Source of the DNA: Terriglobia bacterium
Lineage (GTDB): Bacteria > Acidobacteriota > Terriglobia > JAJPHL01 > JAPKYU01
Length of the DNA: 64,000 bases
Reading direction: 5' to 3'
Assembly: GCA_965223005.1 (NCBI GenBank)
Contig: CBDCVK010000010.1
Coordinates: forward strand, 544,001 to 608,000
The translations under genes were made by a program, and so were the position numbers. Of this stretch, positions 1 through 9,844 are shown piece by piece. The notes under the pieces were generated by a model. It was given only the letters and a program-made list of their open reading frames with translations, was not told the DNA's origin and did no database searches. Within the stretch, counting starts at the first letter, position 1, and the number at the start of each line of letters is the position of its first letter.

Positions 1-67
1 TGCTCAAGGCGGAGGTGTTCCGCAGCTGAGCGTTCTACGGCATTTTGGCTTGCGAGCGTAGCGCCGG

Positions 68-1402
68 TCAGAATTTTGTGACTTCGGTGAAGTGGAAGTC
101 GCGGACCTTCATCGGGGGCACCACCATCTCGAAAGACTCTTCGCCGGCGGCGCGCTCGGCAACTCCAAGCACTTCCACATTGTTGAGCATCTCCACTAGG
201 CTTTGGTTGAAACGGAAGTTGAAGATACCACGGCGCACCTTCCCTTCTTCCACCAGGAAAGTGCCGTCCCGGGTCATTCCGGTCAGAATCTTCTGGTACG
301 GGTCCACTTCACGAATGTACCAGAGGCGGGTGACCAGAATACCGCGCTCGGTCGAGGCGATCATGCTGTCCAGCGAGGCGCTGCCGCCGGCGAACACGAT
401 GTTCATGGGAGCCTCGCCGACCTCGTTGGGAAGGGGAAACCCGTGCCCGGTGGGCTGAGTCTTCATGAGGTGGGCGGTCTGCCGGGAATAGACCAGGTTG
501 GCGGCCACGCCACGTTCCACCAGCACCACCGGCTTGCGGCATGTCCCTTCGCCATCAAACGGGGCGCCGGATTGCAGCGGGTGGTAGGCATCATCCACTA
601 CGGTGATGTTCTCGCCAAACAGCTTGGTTCCCAGGCGGCCAGTCAGGAAGCTGCGCTTGTCATACACCGAGCGTCCCGAAAAATCGTAGAACAGGAAGCC
701 GACCAGGTCCAGCACGGCGGAAGGCTCCAGCAAGACAGTGTAACGGCCGGAAGGAATCTCTGCCGGATCAGCACTGAGCGCGGCCTTGGTGGAGGCGCGC
801 AGAGCCAGTTCCTCGACCGGGATGCCCCGCACGTCCGGTGCATTGGCTTTGGCCCAGCCCGAGCTGTTTTCCGCCAGCATGGTCACGGAGAACTCCGCGT
901 CGGTTTCCCTGTGGTAGGCGAACAGGCCGCGGGAATTCAGCATGGCCAGCATATCGGTGCCGCTGGAGAGGATTCCGGCCGCGGTCTGGCCGTGCTGCTG
1001 GGCCACCTGGACCACCTGGCGGACGCCGGTGGCGCGCGCCTCCGGCGTCATGGCGGCAGTGGCTTCAAAATAGCGCTCCACACCGGGACAGTTCTCCGGG
1101 CCGGGCAGGGACGGCAGCTCGGGGTCGGGTTGCTGTTGACGGGCAACGGAAGCCGAAGCGGTCACCACCCGGTGAATGGAATCGTCGTCGAACTTGTTGG
1201 TGGTGGCGCGCGCCGTCCGGCCGCCATAGACGGTGCGCACCGAAAGCACGTAGCCCTCTTCCGCTACATTCTGGTGAATGCTGTTATTGGCAAAGCGGGT
1301 CAGTTCGTGAACGCCGCCCTCGATCAGCGCTTCGGTTTCGTCGGCATCGCTGAACTTTCGGACCTTCTCGAAAATTTCCTGGCAGCGTTCAGGTTCTAGC
1401 AC
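68..1402 (-). CDS. tldE: TldE/PmbA family metalloprotease subunit
   Basis: 444 aa; N-terminal TRFANNSIHQN, FDGEG, TGHG and LTGMTRDGTF motifs; lacks the HExxxH of TldD; directly downstream of tldD. Confidence 0.85.
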   Translation of the reverse strand: MLEPERCQEIFEKVRKFSDADETEALIEGGVHELTRFANNSIHQNVAEEGYVLSVRTVYGGRTARATTNKFDDDSIHRVVTASASVARQQQPDPELPSLPGPENCPGVERYFEATAAMTPEARATGVRQVVQVAQQHGQTAAGILSSGTDMLAMLNSRGLFAYHRETDAEFSVTMLAENSSGWAKANAPDVRGIPVEELALRASTKAALSADPAEIPSGRYTVLLEPSAVLDLVGFLFYDFSGRSVYDKRSFLTGRLGTKLFGENITVVDDAYHPLQSGAPFDGEGTCRKPVVLVERGVAANLVYSRQTAHLMKTQPTGHGFPLPNEVGEAPMNIVFAGGSASLDSMIASTERGILVTRLWYIREVDPYQKILTGMTRDGTFLVEEGKVRRGIFNFRFNQSLVEMLNNVEVLGVAERAAGEESFEMVVPPMKVRDFHFTEVTKF

Positions 1403-1451
1403 GAGCTTGGTCCTAATCTTCCGGAGTCAGAAAAACTAAATCGAAAAAAAC

Positions 1452-1562
1452 ATCCGCAGATTACGCAGATTTCGCAGAACTAAGATCTTTCCATTCCGTG
1501 AAAACTCAGTGGAGCCGCGAAACTTTGTGGATACGTTCGAAATGCGGAATCCCGAAATCCGC
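1452..1562. repeat. Intergenic short-unit repeats: 9-mer (nCGCAGAtt)x3 with degenerate inverted partner, plus 7-mer CGAAATC-like units
   Basis: ccgcagatt-acgcagatt-tcgcagaac at 1454-1480; ctttgtggat at ~1523-1532; cgaaatg-cggaatc-c-cgaaatc at ~1538-1559. Confidence 0.5.
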
Positions 1563-1564
1563 AC

Positions 1565-3022
1565 TCAGCCAGAATAGGCTACGCCCACCTTCACGCCACG
1601 GAAGCGGGCCGGGGATGCGCCGTGGCCTGTCCCCATCGCCTGCGACGGCTGGCCCTTACCGCAGTTGGGGGTGCCCCACAACACCCAGTGGTCGCGGTTG
1701 GCAATGGCGTCACAAGAGTTCCAGAACTCGGTGGTGATCCCGCTGTAGCTGGGGTTCTTCACCATCCGGGTCTTCTTGCCGTTCTTGATTTCCCAGCCCA
1801 CCTCGCAACCGAATTGGAAGTGGTAGCGCTTGTCATCAATGGACCAACTCCGGTTGGTTTCCATGTAGATGCCGTTGTCGGTGGAGGCCACGAGGTCTTC
1901 CTGGCTACGGTCTCCGGGCAGCAGGCTGACGTTGGTCATGCGGATCAGCGGGATGCGGTTCCAGCTCTCCGCCCGCATGGTTCCGTTGGAACGCGGCAAG
2001 CCGAGGGCCGGAGCCGTCTCCCGAGAGGTGAGGTAGCCTGTGAACTGCCCATTGCGAACGATGTCGGTCGATTGCGCGGGGACCCCCTCGTCGTCGAACG
2101 CAAACGTGCCCAGCCCGGGGCCATGTTCCGGGCGGGCGTCGGCAACCACGTTGACGATTTCCGAGCCATACTGCAGGCGGCCAAGTTGGTCCAGCGTGAG
2201 GAAGCTGCCGCCGGCGAAATTCGCTTCGGTCCCCAGCACCCGGTCCAATTCGATGGGATGGCCGATGGATTCGTGGATTTGCAACGCCAGTTGTGAGCTA
2301 TCCAGGACCAGGTCTCGCACGCCTTCCGGGCACTGGTGGGCGTGATGCAAAGCCACCGCTTCCTCGGCGATTCGTGGCGCATTCTCCACCAGCCGCAGTT
2401 CTTCAATGAGGTCGTAGCCCCGGAGCTGGTACTGCCCGCCGAAGGAGCTGGGATAGGAGCGCTTCTGGATCTCATTTCCGGAAAAGGCAAAGGCGGCGAA
2501 TCCGCCGCCGGTCACATAGCGAGTCTGGTGAATCACCGAACCCAGCGTGCTCAGGAAGAGCTGCTCCTGGCGCCGGAAATCCAGCGCAGCTTCTGCCAGC
2601 GTGACCCCGGTCACGCGGCGCAGTTCCCTGTCCACTTCGAGCAACAGGGCGATGTTCTCATCAATGCCGGTGGCAAATGGATCCTTACCGACAGGGGACT
2701 CCCAGGCGGCCTCAATCTTTTCTTCGGGGGCCAACACCACATCGCGCTGCTTGACCAGGGCGGAAGCGTGTGCAATGGCCACGGCTTTCGAGGCGGTCTC
2801 TTCGACCCTCGCGCGCGTGAGCGTGTCGGTGGAAGCAAACCCCCAGGCGCCTCCGGCTAGCACCCGGACGCCCAGCCCCAGCGTTTCGCTGACAGCGGCC
2901 TGGCCTACCTTGCCGTTCTTGGTGGAAACAAAGCGCTCCCGCGTCTCTACGACCCGGACGTCCGCATAGCTGGCGCCCAACACTTCGGCGCGATTGAGCG
3001 CCCAAGAGCCCACGTCCCGCAT
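1565..3022 (-). CDS. tldD: TldD family metalloprotease
   Basis: 485 aa; HESIGH zinc motif, FDDEG, IRMTN and C-terminal CGKGQP motif. Confidence 0.92.
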   Translation of the reverse strand: MRDVGSWALNRAEVLGASYADVRVVETRERFVSTKNGKVGQAAVSETLGLGVRVLAGGAWGFASTDTLTRARVEETASKAVAIAHASALVKQRDVVLAPEEKIEAAWESPVGKDPFATGIDENIALLLEVDRELRRVTGVTLAEAALDFRRQEQLFLSTLGSVIHQTRYVTGGGFAAFAFSGNEIQKRSYPSSFGGQYQLRGYDLIEELRLVENAPRIAEEAVALHHAHQCPEGVRDLVLDSSQLALQIHESIGHPIELDRVLGTEANFAGGSFLTLDQLGRLQYGSEIVNVVADARPEHGPGLGTFAFDDEGVPAQSTDIVRNGQFTGYLTSRETAPALGLPRSNGTMRAESWNRIPLIRMTNVSLLPGDRSQEDLVASTDNGIYMETNRSWSIDDKRYHFQFGCEVGWEIKNGKKTRMVKNPSYSGITTEFWNSCDAIANRDHWVLWGTPNCGKGQPSQAMGTGHGASPARFRGVKVGVAYSG

Positions 3023-3034
3023 TTCTATTTAGGA

Positions 3035-4309
3035 TCAGGTCCCTTCTGACCAGGAAGCCAGATAGGCCTCCTGTTCTGGAGTTAAGCGGTCAATTTTCAA
3101 GCCCATGGAATCCAGCTTCAGCCGGGCCACGTTCTTGTCAATTGCCTCGGGCGCCGGGTACACCTTGTTCTCCAGTTGCCCGGCGCTCTTCACCAAGTAT
3201 TCGACCGACAAGGCCTGATTGGCAAAGCTCATGTCCATCACCGCTGCCGGATGGCCCTCGGCGGCGGACAGGTTAATCAGGCGGCCCTCGGCCAGTAGGT
3301 AGATCTTCCGGCCGTCTCGCATGGAATATTCGTCCACAAACTCGCGGGCGGGACGCTTGCCAGAGGCCATCTTTTCCAGCGCGGGAATGTCAATCTCGAC
3401 GTTAAAGTGGCCGGAGTTGGCCAGCACCGCCCCGTTCTTCATATGTTCAAAGTGTTCGCGGCCAATGACGTTCTTATTGCCGGTCACAGTGACGAAAATG
3501 TCGCCAAGGCGGGCAGCTTCAGCCATGGACATGACGCGGTAGCCATCCATGACGGCTTCGAGGGCACGGGTGGGATCGACCTCGGTGACAATAACCTCGG
3601 CGCCCAAGCCGCGTGCGCGCGAGGCCAGCCCGCGACCGCACCAACCGTACCCGCCCACCACGACCTTGAGACCGGCCAGCAACAGGTTGGTCGCGCGCAG
3701 GATGCCGTCAATGGTGGACTGGCCGGTTCCGTAGCGGTTGTCGAACAGGTGCTTGGTGTAGGCATCGTTCACCGAGATCACCGGGTAGGGCAGTACGCCC
3801 TCGCGGGCCATTGCGCGCAGGCGAATGACGCCGGTGGTGGTTTCCTCGGTCCCCCCGATGGTCTCGGCCAGCGCCTCGCGGCGCTTCGTCACACCGGTGG
3901 TGATCAGGTCGGCCCCGTCGTCTACGGTGACCTGCGGCCGATGGTCCAGGGCCGCATCGACATGCGAGTAGTAGGTTTTGTCGTCCTCACCCTTGATGGC
4001 GAATACCGGGATGCTGTAGTCGCGCACCAGCGCGGCCGCCACGTCGTCCTGGGTGCTGAGCGGGTTGGAGGCGCACAAGACCACCTGGGCACCGCCGTCC
4101 CGCAGGGTAATCGCCAGATTGGCCGTCTCGGTGGTGATGTGGAGGCAGCCGGAAATCCGAATGCCCTTTAAAGGCTGGGCTTTGATGAACTGCTTGCGGA
4201 TCAACTGGAGCGCGGGCATGGACTGATTGGCCCAATCGATGCGCCGCTTGCCTGACTCGGCCAGGCCGGGATCCTGAATATCACACGTCATCTTGGGAAC
4301 AGTGGACAT
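3035..4309 (-). CDS. ahcY: Adenosylhomocysteinase
   Basis: [44 protein letters not shown] motifs. Confidence 0.97.
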   Translation of the reverse strand: MSTVPKMTCDIQDPGLAESGKRRIDWANQSMPALQLIRKQFIKAQPLKGIRISGCLHITTETANLAITLRDGGAQVVLCASNPLSTQDDVAAALVRDYSIPVFAIKGEDDKTYYSHVDAALDHRPQVTVDDGADLITTGVTKRREALAETIGGTEETTTGVIRLRAMAREGVLPYPVISVNDAYTKHLFDNRYGTGQSTIDGILRATNLLLAGLKVVVGGYGWCGRGLASRARGLGAEVIVTEVDPTRALEAVMDGYRVMSMAEAARLGDIFVTVTGNKNVIGREHFEHMKNGAVLANSGHFNVEIDIPALEKMASGKRPAREFVDEYSMRDGRKIYLLAEGRLINLSAAEGHPAAVMDMSFANQALSVEYLVKSAGQLENKVYPAPEAIDKNVARLKLDSMGLKIDRLTPEQEAYLASWSEGT

Positions 4310-4327
4310 AGTGGGTCTCGAGTTTCC

Positions 4328-5503
4328 TCAGTGGGCTTGGGCTGTCGCGGGAACCCCAGCGGCGCTGCGCAAGACCGCCGCCTTGTCGGTGCGCTCCCAG
4401 GTGAACTCCGGCTCGGTACGGCCGAAGTGCCCGTAGGCCGCGGTCTTCCGGTAAATCGGGCGCCGGAGCTGCAAGTGGTCAATAATTCGCAGGGGGGTCA
4501 GAGAGAAAGTGTCGCGGACCAGTTCGACCAGCCGGTCCTCAGGCATGGCTCCCGTCTCGAACGTGTTCACCATCACTGAGACCGGCTCAGCCACTCCAAT
4601 GGCATACGCCAGCTGAACCTCCGCCCGGCGGGCAAGTTCGGCTGCCACCAGATTCTTGGCAATGTATCGGGCCATATAGGTGGCGGACCGATCCACCTTG
4701 GAGGGGTCCTTGCCGGAAAACGCCCCGCCGCCGTGGCGGCCAACACCTCCATAGGTATCAACGATGATCTTTCGTCCGGTCAGGCCGGTGTCGCCGTGCG
4801 GGCCGCCGCACACGAAGCGCCCGGTCGGGTTGACGTGGAACTTGACTCTACGGTCGCTCAAGTGGGAGGGGAGAACTGGCTTGATGACCTGTTCCAGGAT
4901 GTCCTGGCGGAGTTGTTCCATCGGAACCTGTTCGGCGTGCTGCGCCGAGATCACGACCGTATCCACCCGCACCGGCTGGTCCCCTTCATACTCGACCGTT
5001 ACCTGTGACTTGCCATCCGGGCGCAGGTACTCCAGGAGGCCTTCCTTGCGGCACTGGGTCAGACGACGGGTGAGCTTGTGCGCCAGCAAGATGGGCAGCG
5101 GCATCAACTCCTCGCTCTCGTCCGAGGCGTAGCCAATCATCATCCCCTGGTCGCCCGCTCCCCCTGGATCTACACCCATGGCAATGTCGGGAGACTGCTC
5201 GTGAATGGCGGTTAGCACGGAGCAGCTTTCATAATCCAGCCCGTACCGGGCATCCGTATAGCCCAGCTCCTTGATCGTGTTGCGAACGACCGTGGGATAG
5301 TCCACGACCGCCCTGGTGGTGATTTCCCCTGCAACCAAGGCCAGCCCGGTGGTCAGCAGGCATTCGCAGGCCACCCGTCCGGTGGGATCTTTGGCCAGGA
5401 CCGCATCCAGGACGGCATCGGAAACCTGGTCGGCGATCTTGTCCGGGTGCCCCTCGGTAACCGACTCGGAAGTAACCAGATAGTGAAGACGCGACTTGGC
5501 CAA
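4328..5503 (-). CDS. metK: S-adenosylmethionine synthetase
   Basis: [36 protein letters not shown]; TTG start after an AGGAGG RBS. Confidence 0.98.
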   Translation of the reverse strand: MAKSRLHYLVTSESVTEGHPDKIADQVSDAVLDAVLAKDPTGRVACECLLTTGLALVAGEITTRAVVDYPTVVRNTIKELGYTDARYGLDYESCSVLTAIHEQSPDIAMGVDPGGAGDQGMMIGYASDESEELMPLPILLAHKLTRRLTQCRKEGLLEYLRPDGKSQVTVEYEGDQPVRVDTVVISAQHAEQVPMEQLRQDILEQVIKPVLPSHLSDRRVKFHVNPTGRFVCGGPHGDTGLTGRKIIVDTYGGVGRHGGGAFSGKDPSKVDRSATYMARYIAKNLVAAELARRAEVQLAYAIGVAEPVSVMVNTFETGAMPEDRLVELVRDTFSLTPLRIIDHLQLRRPIYRKTAAYGHFGRTEPEFTWERTDKAAVLRSAAGVPATAQAH

Positions 5504-5610
5504 TGAAGATGCCTCCTTTGCTCAACCTTACATTCTAAACCAGCAGGGGAGAATCACGACAGGCACCTAGCCTTGCCGGTGGCCAGGCGCCGGTGGCCAG
5601 GCAAGGCGTC

Positions 5611-5640
5611 AACCTAGCAGAGCTTTCGCGGAACTGTCAA
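5611..5640 (-). promoter_or_regulatory. Putative sigma70 promoter of the metK operon
   Basis: Minus strand TTGACA-18 nt-TAGGTT with TG extension. Confidence 0.45.
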
Positions 5641-5689
5641 ACAATTTTCCCCCGGCGGCTCGCGCGCTTCGCTTCAACTGCTTGTCATT

Positions 5690-5795
5690 GCTTCACCGAA
5701 GGCCATTTGCTGGCTTCACTGAAGGCCGCTTGCGGATGTCCGTAGCCTTGTAGTTTGAAAAGCTTACCGAGCGTAATTTGAAAAGCCTACCGAGC
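5690..5795. repeat. Two adjacent pairs of 23-bp-period direct repeats
   Basis: gcttcaccgaaggccatttgc (5690) / gcttcactgaaggccgcttgc (5713); gtagtttgaaaagcttaccgagc (5750) / gtaatttgaaaagcctaccgagc (5773). Confidence 0.8.
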
Positions 5796-5923
5796 TGCCA
5801 TCGTCATGGAGCATTCAAGCCAGAGGTCTTCCCAGCCACCTGCCACAAGCAGAACTGCACGCAACTATTGGTGACCTCGGCCCGTCTAACGTGGGCAGGA
5901 CACTTTCAAGGGAGGGTAGCATC

Positions 5924-6184
5924 ATGGCGACTGCTCTTAAGGCGTTGAAAGAGAAGCTGATACGGACGAAGGTCTATTGCACTCTATGCACCCGAACCGT
6001 GGAGGCCCGTGTTGGTTTGACTACCAGCGTGGTGGGCAGGCGGCGTCTGGCTGTGTCTCCCGGGCAGAAGTGCCCACGGTGTGAGGCTCCGCTGGATGCG
6101 GCGTTCGTCCTCAACAAACTCCCATTCGTTGCGGCAGTCTGGTCCTCCCAACCCACCTTGGCCAGCAGTTCGCCGCGCCCGTAG
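5924..6184 (+). CDS. Small zinc-ribbon-like protein (CxxC...CxxC), 86 aa
   Basis: GGAGG RBS before ATG 5924; CTLC and CPRC pairs. Confidence 0.65.
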   Translation: MATALKALKEKLIRTKVYCTLCTRTVEARVGLTTSVVGRRRLAVSPGQKCPRCEAPLDAAFVLNKLPFVAAVWSSQPTLASSSPRP

Positions 6185-6296
6185 CGCAGCCTGACCGCTG
6201 CAGCCACGGGCCTGGAATCTCCAGACCCTTGCTGAACTTGCAGGTGCAGGACCACCCGCTCAATCATTTAGAACTTCGACAGTACAAATTTCGATT

Positions 6297-6908
6297 TTAT
6301 TGTTTGTTGCAAGATTCCAAGTGTATTCGTAACTCTTGCCATTCCGGCACATCGCGCAAGGGAACTGCCAGTTCCAGCGGCGCCTGTACCTCGCGAAAGG
6401 CGTGGGGAGCCAGCGTGCCGCGCAGTTCAAACAAGAAGGAGGCCAGCGCCGTGCGATCCCGGCTTCCAGCCTGCCGCAGATCCACCCGACAAGAAAGATT
6501 CTCCAGTACCTCTCTGCTATGGTTGGTGACCAGGGCCATGACGCGGGCGCGTGCGGCCCGGTCGGTGTAAATCCGCACACCGGAAACCTCCACGGTCCCG
6601 CGAAGCGGCTCAGCGCGCTCCGGGGGTAACAGCACTAGCTGGGGCGTGGTGGGCGCTGCTGCGGGCACCGGGCGCGCACGCAATTGCCTCAAGGAAGCCA
6701 GCACCGAAGGCAGAGCCAGGTAGACGATAACGGCCAACAGCGCCAGGATTCCACCCATCACCGTCCAGCGCCGCGTCCCGGTCACGCGCACCCGAACACG
6801 CCTGCCGCCGGGCAAAGGTTGCTGACTGGGACGCCCGGCGCACTGCGGACACTCCGATACGGATACGTCCAAGACACGACCACAGCTGTTACAAATCCAC
6901 TGAAACAT
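6297..6908 (-). CDS. Zinc-ribbon + single transmembrane + extracytoplasmic beta-domain hypothetical protein
   Basis: N-terminal CNSC/CPQC, hydrophobic segment WTVMGGILALLAVIVYLAL, Pro/Ala linker; ATG 6908 with GAGG RBS. Confidence 0.65.
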   Translation of the reverse strand: MFQWICNSCGRVLDVSVSECPQCAGRPSQQPLPGGRRVRVRVTGTRRWTVMGGILALLAVIVYLALPSVLASLRQLRARPVPAAAPTTPQLVLLPPERAEPLRGTVEVSGVRIYTDRAARARVMALVTNHSREVLENLSCRVDLRQAGSRDRTALASFLFELRGTLAPHAFREVQAPLELAVPLRDVPEWQELRIHLESCNKQ

Positions 6909-6989
6909 GATTGCCTCTTCCGCGACCACGCTGGCGCTAGGGCATCCAGCATTTTACCGCCGCTCGCCAGCAAACGCGCCCCTTTCACC

Positions 6990-7019
6990 TTGACACCAAC
7001 TTGATATCGGAGCTATTCT
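6990..7019 (+). promoter_or_regulatory. Putative sigma70 promoter
   Basis: TTGACA(6990)-18 nt-TATTCT(7014) upstream of the receiver-domain gene. Confidence 0.45.
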
Positions 7020-7108
7020 GCAGTTGGCTGATTTGCGCCGCCGACCTCCCTCGGAACGGAGCAGTGGGCACCCTTTTCCGGGTGGCCAGCGGGGCCTGAG
7101 GAGGAGCC

Positions 7109-7459
7109 ATGGCCTCGACATCCTGTATCCTCGCTGTAGTCAGTGAACCCTCAGATTTCGCCACCCTTTCGGCACACTTACAACCCACTGGGCTTACACT
7201 GCACCGCGCGGATGGCCTGCTGGACGCCATCCTGCGCCAGGCTGATTCCCCAGCCAGCGTAATCCTCTGCGATGCCGACGGCCTGGATTGGAAGGAAGCG
7301 GTGAATCTGTTCCGGCGCATGAAAACACCCGGCGTGGAGACGCTGGACGCCGGCGCCTTTGACCTGTTGGAGAAACCCTACCGGCCCGAAGCCCTGTGCT
7401 GGGTGGTGTCTACTGCACTGAAGCGCCGCACGGCACAAGCCGCCAGCAGCGCGGCATAA
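7109..7459 (+). CDS. Atypical stand-alone response-regulator receiver domain (apparent internal deletion)
   Basis: GAGGAG RBS; VILCD acidic site and LDAGAFDLLEKPY C-terminal receiver motif; beta4 region apparently missing. Confidence 0.6.
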   Translation: MASTSCILAVVSEPSDFATLSAHLQPTGLTLHRADGLLDAILRQADSPASVILCDADGLDWKEAVNLFRRMKTPGVETLDAGAFDLLEKPYRPEALCWVVSTALKRRTAQAASSAA

Positions 7460-7531
7460 GAGTTCCCTCGGATTGCTCAGGCAACTACGCGGAGGCATCC
7501 CACTCAGGGGGGATGCTCTGCGCGACTGCCT

Positions 7532-7663
7532 CTACCGCGCCCGCCGCTTGTTCCTCACCTGGCTGGCCCGCAGCTTGGCTTTCTTGCGTTTCGGCTTGGA
7601 AATCAGAAAGGTGCCGCTGCCCATGTTCTTCGCCTGCCAGGTCTTTTTGGGTTCCTGAGCCAT
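7532..7663 (-). CDS. Small basic protein, 43 aa (MAQEPKKTWQAKNMGSGTFLISKPKRKKAKLRASQVRNKRRAR), not in the ORF track
   Basis: Hand translation; AGAGGA RBS; downstream hairpin gcatccc/gggatgc at ~7495-7516. Confidence 0.65.
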   Translation of the reverse strand: MAQEPKKTWQAKNMGSGTFLISKPKRKKAKLRASQVRNKRRAR

Positions 7664-7754
7664 TCAATGTCCTCTTCTTCAGGCGAGCTACAGGGCTCGC
7701 TTCGGGATTTTAATCTTACACTCTCTCACCCGACGCGTCCAGCGGGCGGTAGCC

Positions 7755-9032
7755 TCAATCGGGTACTCGGTAGATCGTTAGGCCGGAGAGAAGCTTCGGG
7801 TAGAAGTCGGTGGATTTCTGCGGGAGCACACCTCCACTGAAGGCGATCTCCCGCATTTGTTCAATCCGCACGGGATTGAGGAAGAAGCAGGCAGCCGCCC
7901 CGTCGGCCACTGCCTTGAGACCCACCTCAAATTCCCGTACGTACTCCAGGAACTTTTGCTCGCGGACGGCCCGCTCGTTGATCCCCAGGCAGCGGGCCAA
8001 GAGCAGACTGTGCAGCACCACCACGTCCAGGCCGCGCTGGGCGGGAGATAATTCAGCCAGCAAGATGGCCAGATCGGTCTCCGAGCGCAAGCGGAGCAGG
8101 AAAAAATCGGGGCCGCCCACGCCGGTAAGCGCGAGGCCGAGAGCCTGGCCGGCGCCATACGTAGCCAACCGCCGCCGACCTTCCTCCGGGCTCATCGGCA
8201 GAGATTCAAAATAACGCCCCACGGACTCCAGCAAAGCGGCTCGGTCCAAGCCCGGCAGCCGCGCCAGCAGGCGGTGGGTGGGCAGGATGGTCAGCCCCGG
8301 TGCCTCCATGTTCACCAAGGTCATCATTACCGCCTCGCACCTGCCACCGGAACGGTGTTCGGGCGAGCGCCGGCATTCCTCCCGAAAGGCCAGCGCTGTC
8401 TCGTAGCGGTGGTGGCCGTCAGCGATTAGCAGCTTCTTGTCGGCCATGGCCCGCTGGATGGCTTCAATGGCCGCAGGCCGTTCCTCACGCCACACTATGT
8501 GCTCGCCGCCATACTCGTCGCTCAGCCGAGTGAGCGGTTCGGCGGCCGTGGCTGTGTCCAGCAGGCGCTCCACTTCCCCAGCCGGGTCGGAATAGAGCAT
8601 AAAAAGCTGGCCGAAGTGAGCGCGAGTGGATCGCAGCAAATCCAGGCGATCCTGCTTGGGACCCGATAGCGTCTGCTCGTGACGGTACACTACGCCGGCC
8701 CGATACTCTTCCAGCCGGCCGGCGGCAACAAACCCCTTGCGAGTGAGCACCTGATCCGAACCGGGCACAGAGTACCTCTGAAAGTAAGGATAGATGGCAG
8801 GGGCGGGATCGGGTCGCAGCGCGCCCTCCGCCAGCCAGCTCTTCAGGCGTGCCCCCGCTCCGGCGTAGTCTGCGGTTTTGAGGACGTGCGCCAGGTTGTA
8901 CGGGCTCAGCCGCTGGTAGCGCGCCAACATCTCCGGAGTGATCTTGTCGTAAGGCTGGGTGATGACGCTCTCCAGGGGGCCTACCTTTTCTGTTACGTAA
9001 CGCAGAGCCGCGAAGGGGAAGACTTGGGCCAA
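7755..9032 (-). CDS. DUF1015 family protein
   Basis: PFAALRY, QPYDKI, HEQT, IADGHHRYETA, PQKSTDFYPKL; TTG start after GGAGG. Confidence 0.9.
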   Translation of the reverse strand: MAQVFPFAALRYVTEKVGPLESVITQPYDKITPEMLARYQRLSPYNLAHVLKTADYAGAGARLKSWLAEGALRPDPAPAIYPYFQRYSVPGSDQVLTRKGFVAAGRLEEYRAGVVYRHEQTLSGPKQDRLDLLRSTRAHFGQLFMLYSDPAGEVERLLDTATAAEPLTRLSDEYGGEHIVWREERPAAIEAIQRAMADKKLLIADGHHRYETALAFREECRRSPEHRSGGRCEAVMMTLVNMEAPGLTILPTHRLLARLPGLDRAALLESVGRYFESLPMSPEEGRRRLATYGAGQALGLALTGVGGPDFFLLRLRSETDLAILLAELSPAQRGLDVVVLHSLLLARCLGINERAVREQKFLEYVREFEVGLKAVADGAAACFFLNPVRIEQMREIAFSGGVLPQKSTDFYPKLLSGLTIYRVPD

Positions 9033-9070
9033 GGGTGCTCCTCCGTCAGGATGATACAATAGTCCGAGCG

Positions 9071-9778
9071 ATGCAGATTCGCCTGCTGATTTTCGATCTG
9101 GACGGCACGCTGATTGACTCGAAGCTCGACCTGGCGGTAGCGGTCAACGCCACCCGCGCTTCCGTGCATCTGCCTCCCATGGACGAGGAACGAATCTATT
9201 CCTACGTCGGCGAGGGCGCGCCCAAGCTGATCCGGCGGGCGATTGGGCCGAAGTTCACCGAGGAGGAGCTGTCGCGAGCGGTCGAGTTCTTCCTGGCCTA
9301 TTACCGCGACCACAAGCTGGATCACACGCGTTTGTATCCCGGCGTGCCCGAATCTCTGGAGGCGCTCAGCAACCGCATTCTGGCGGTGCTCACCAACAAG
9401 CCGGTGCGCATCAGCCGGGAAATTCTGGAAGAGCTGGGAGTTGCCAGCCGCTTCCGCCACGTCTTCGGGGGGAACAGTTTTACTACCAAGAAACCTCACC
9501 CGGAGGGTGTGTTCACCATCCTTCAAGACACCGGAGTTCCGCCCGAGCAGGCGATGATGGTGGGCGATTCCGGTGTGGATGTGCTCACCGGGCGCAACGC
9601 AGGCATCCAGACCTGTGGGGTCAGCTACGGCTTCGCGCCGGAAACCTTCGAGCAGCACCCACCTGACTTGATGGTGGACAGCCTCTCTGAGCTGGCAGCG
9701 CTGCTGAACTCAGCCCCATCGGAATCCGGTCCAACCTTGGCTGTTCCACTGATCCAGGAGAGCAAGCCCCTTCCTTAG
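9071..9778 (+). CDS. HAD-family hydrolase, phosphoglycolate phosphatase-like
   Basis: FDLDGTLIDS, TNK, KKPHP, MVGDS motifs. Confidence 0.88.
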   Translation: MQIRLLIFDLDGTLIDSKLDLAVAVNATRASVHLPPMDEERIYSYVGEGAPKLIRRAIGPKFTEEELSRAVEFFLAYYRDHKLDHTRLYPGVPESLEALSNRILAVLTNKPVRISREILEELGVASRFRHVFGGNSFTTKKPHPEGVFTILQDTGVPPEQAMMVGDSGVDVLTGRNAGIQTCGVSYGFAPETFEQHPPDLMVDSLSELAALLNSAPSESGPTLAVPLIQESKPLP

Positions 9779-9844
9779 AAGTTCCCGTTTCCGACAATCC
9801 ATCCTTAGGTGGGCCATCCTTAAGTGAGCCGGCCGGTCGCGGGA

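Noticed and set aside
1-29. 3' end of a plus-strand gene (…LKAEVFRS*)
   Set aside because: Too short to identify.
5504-5900. SAM-I or SAH riboswitch upstream of metK/ahcY
   Set aside because: No recognisable consensus segments on the minus strand; the predicted leader is short.
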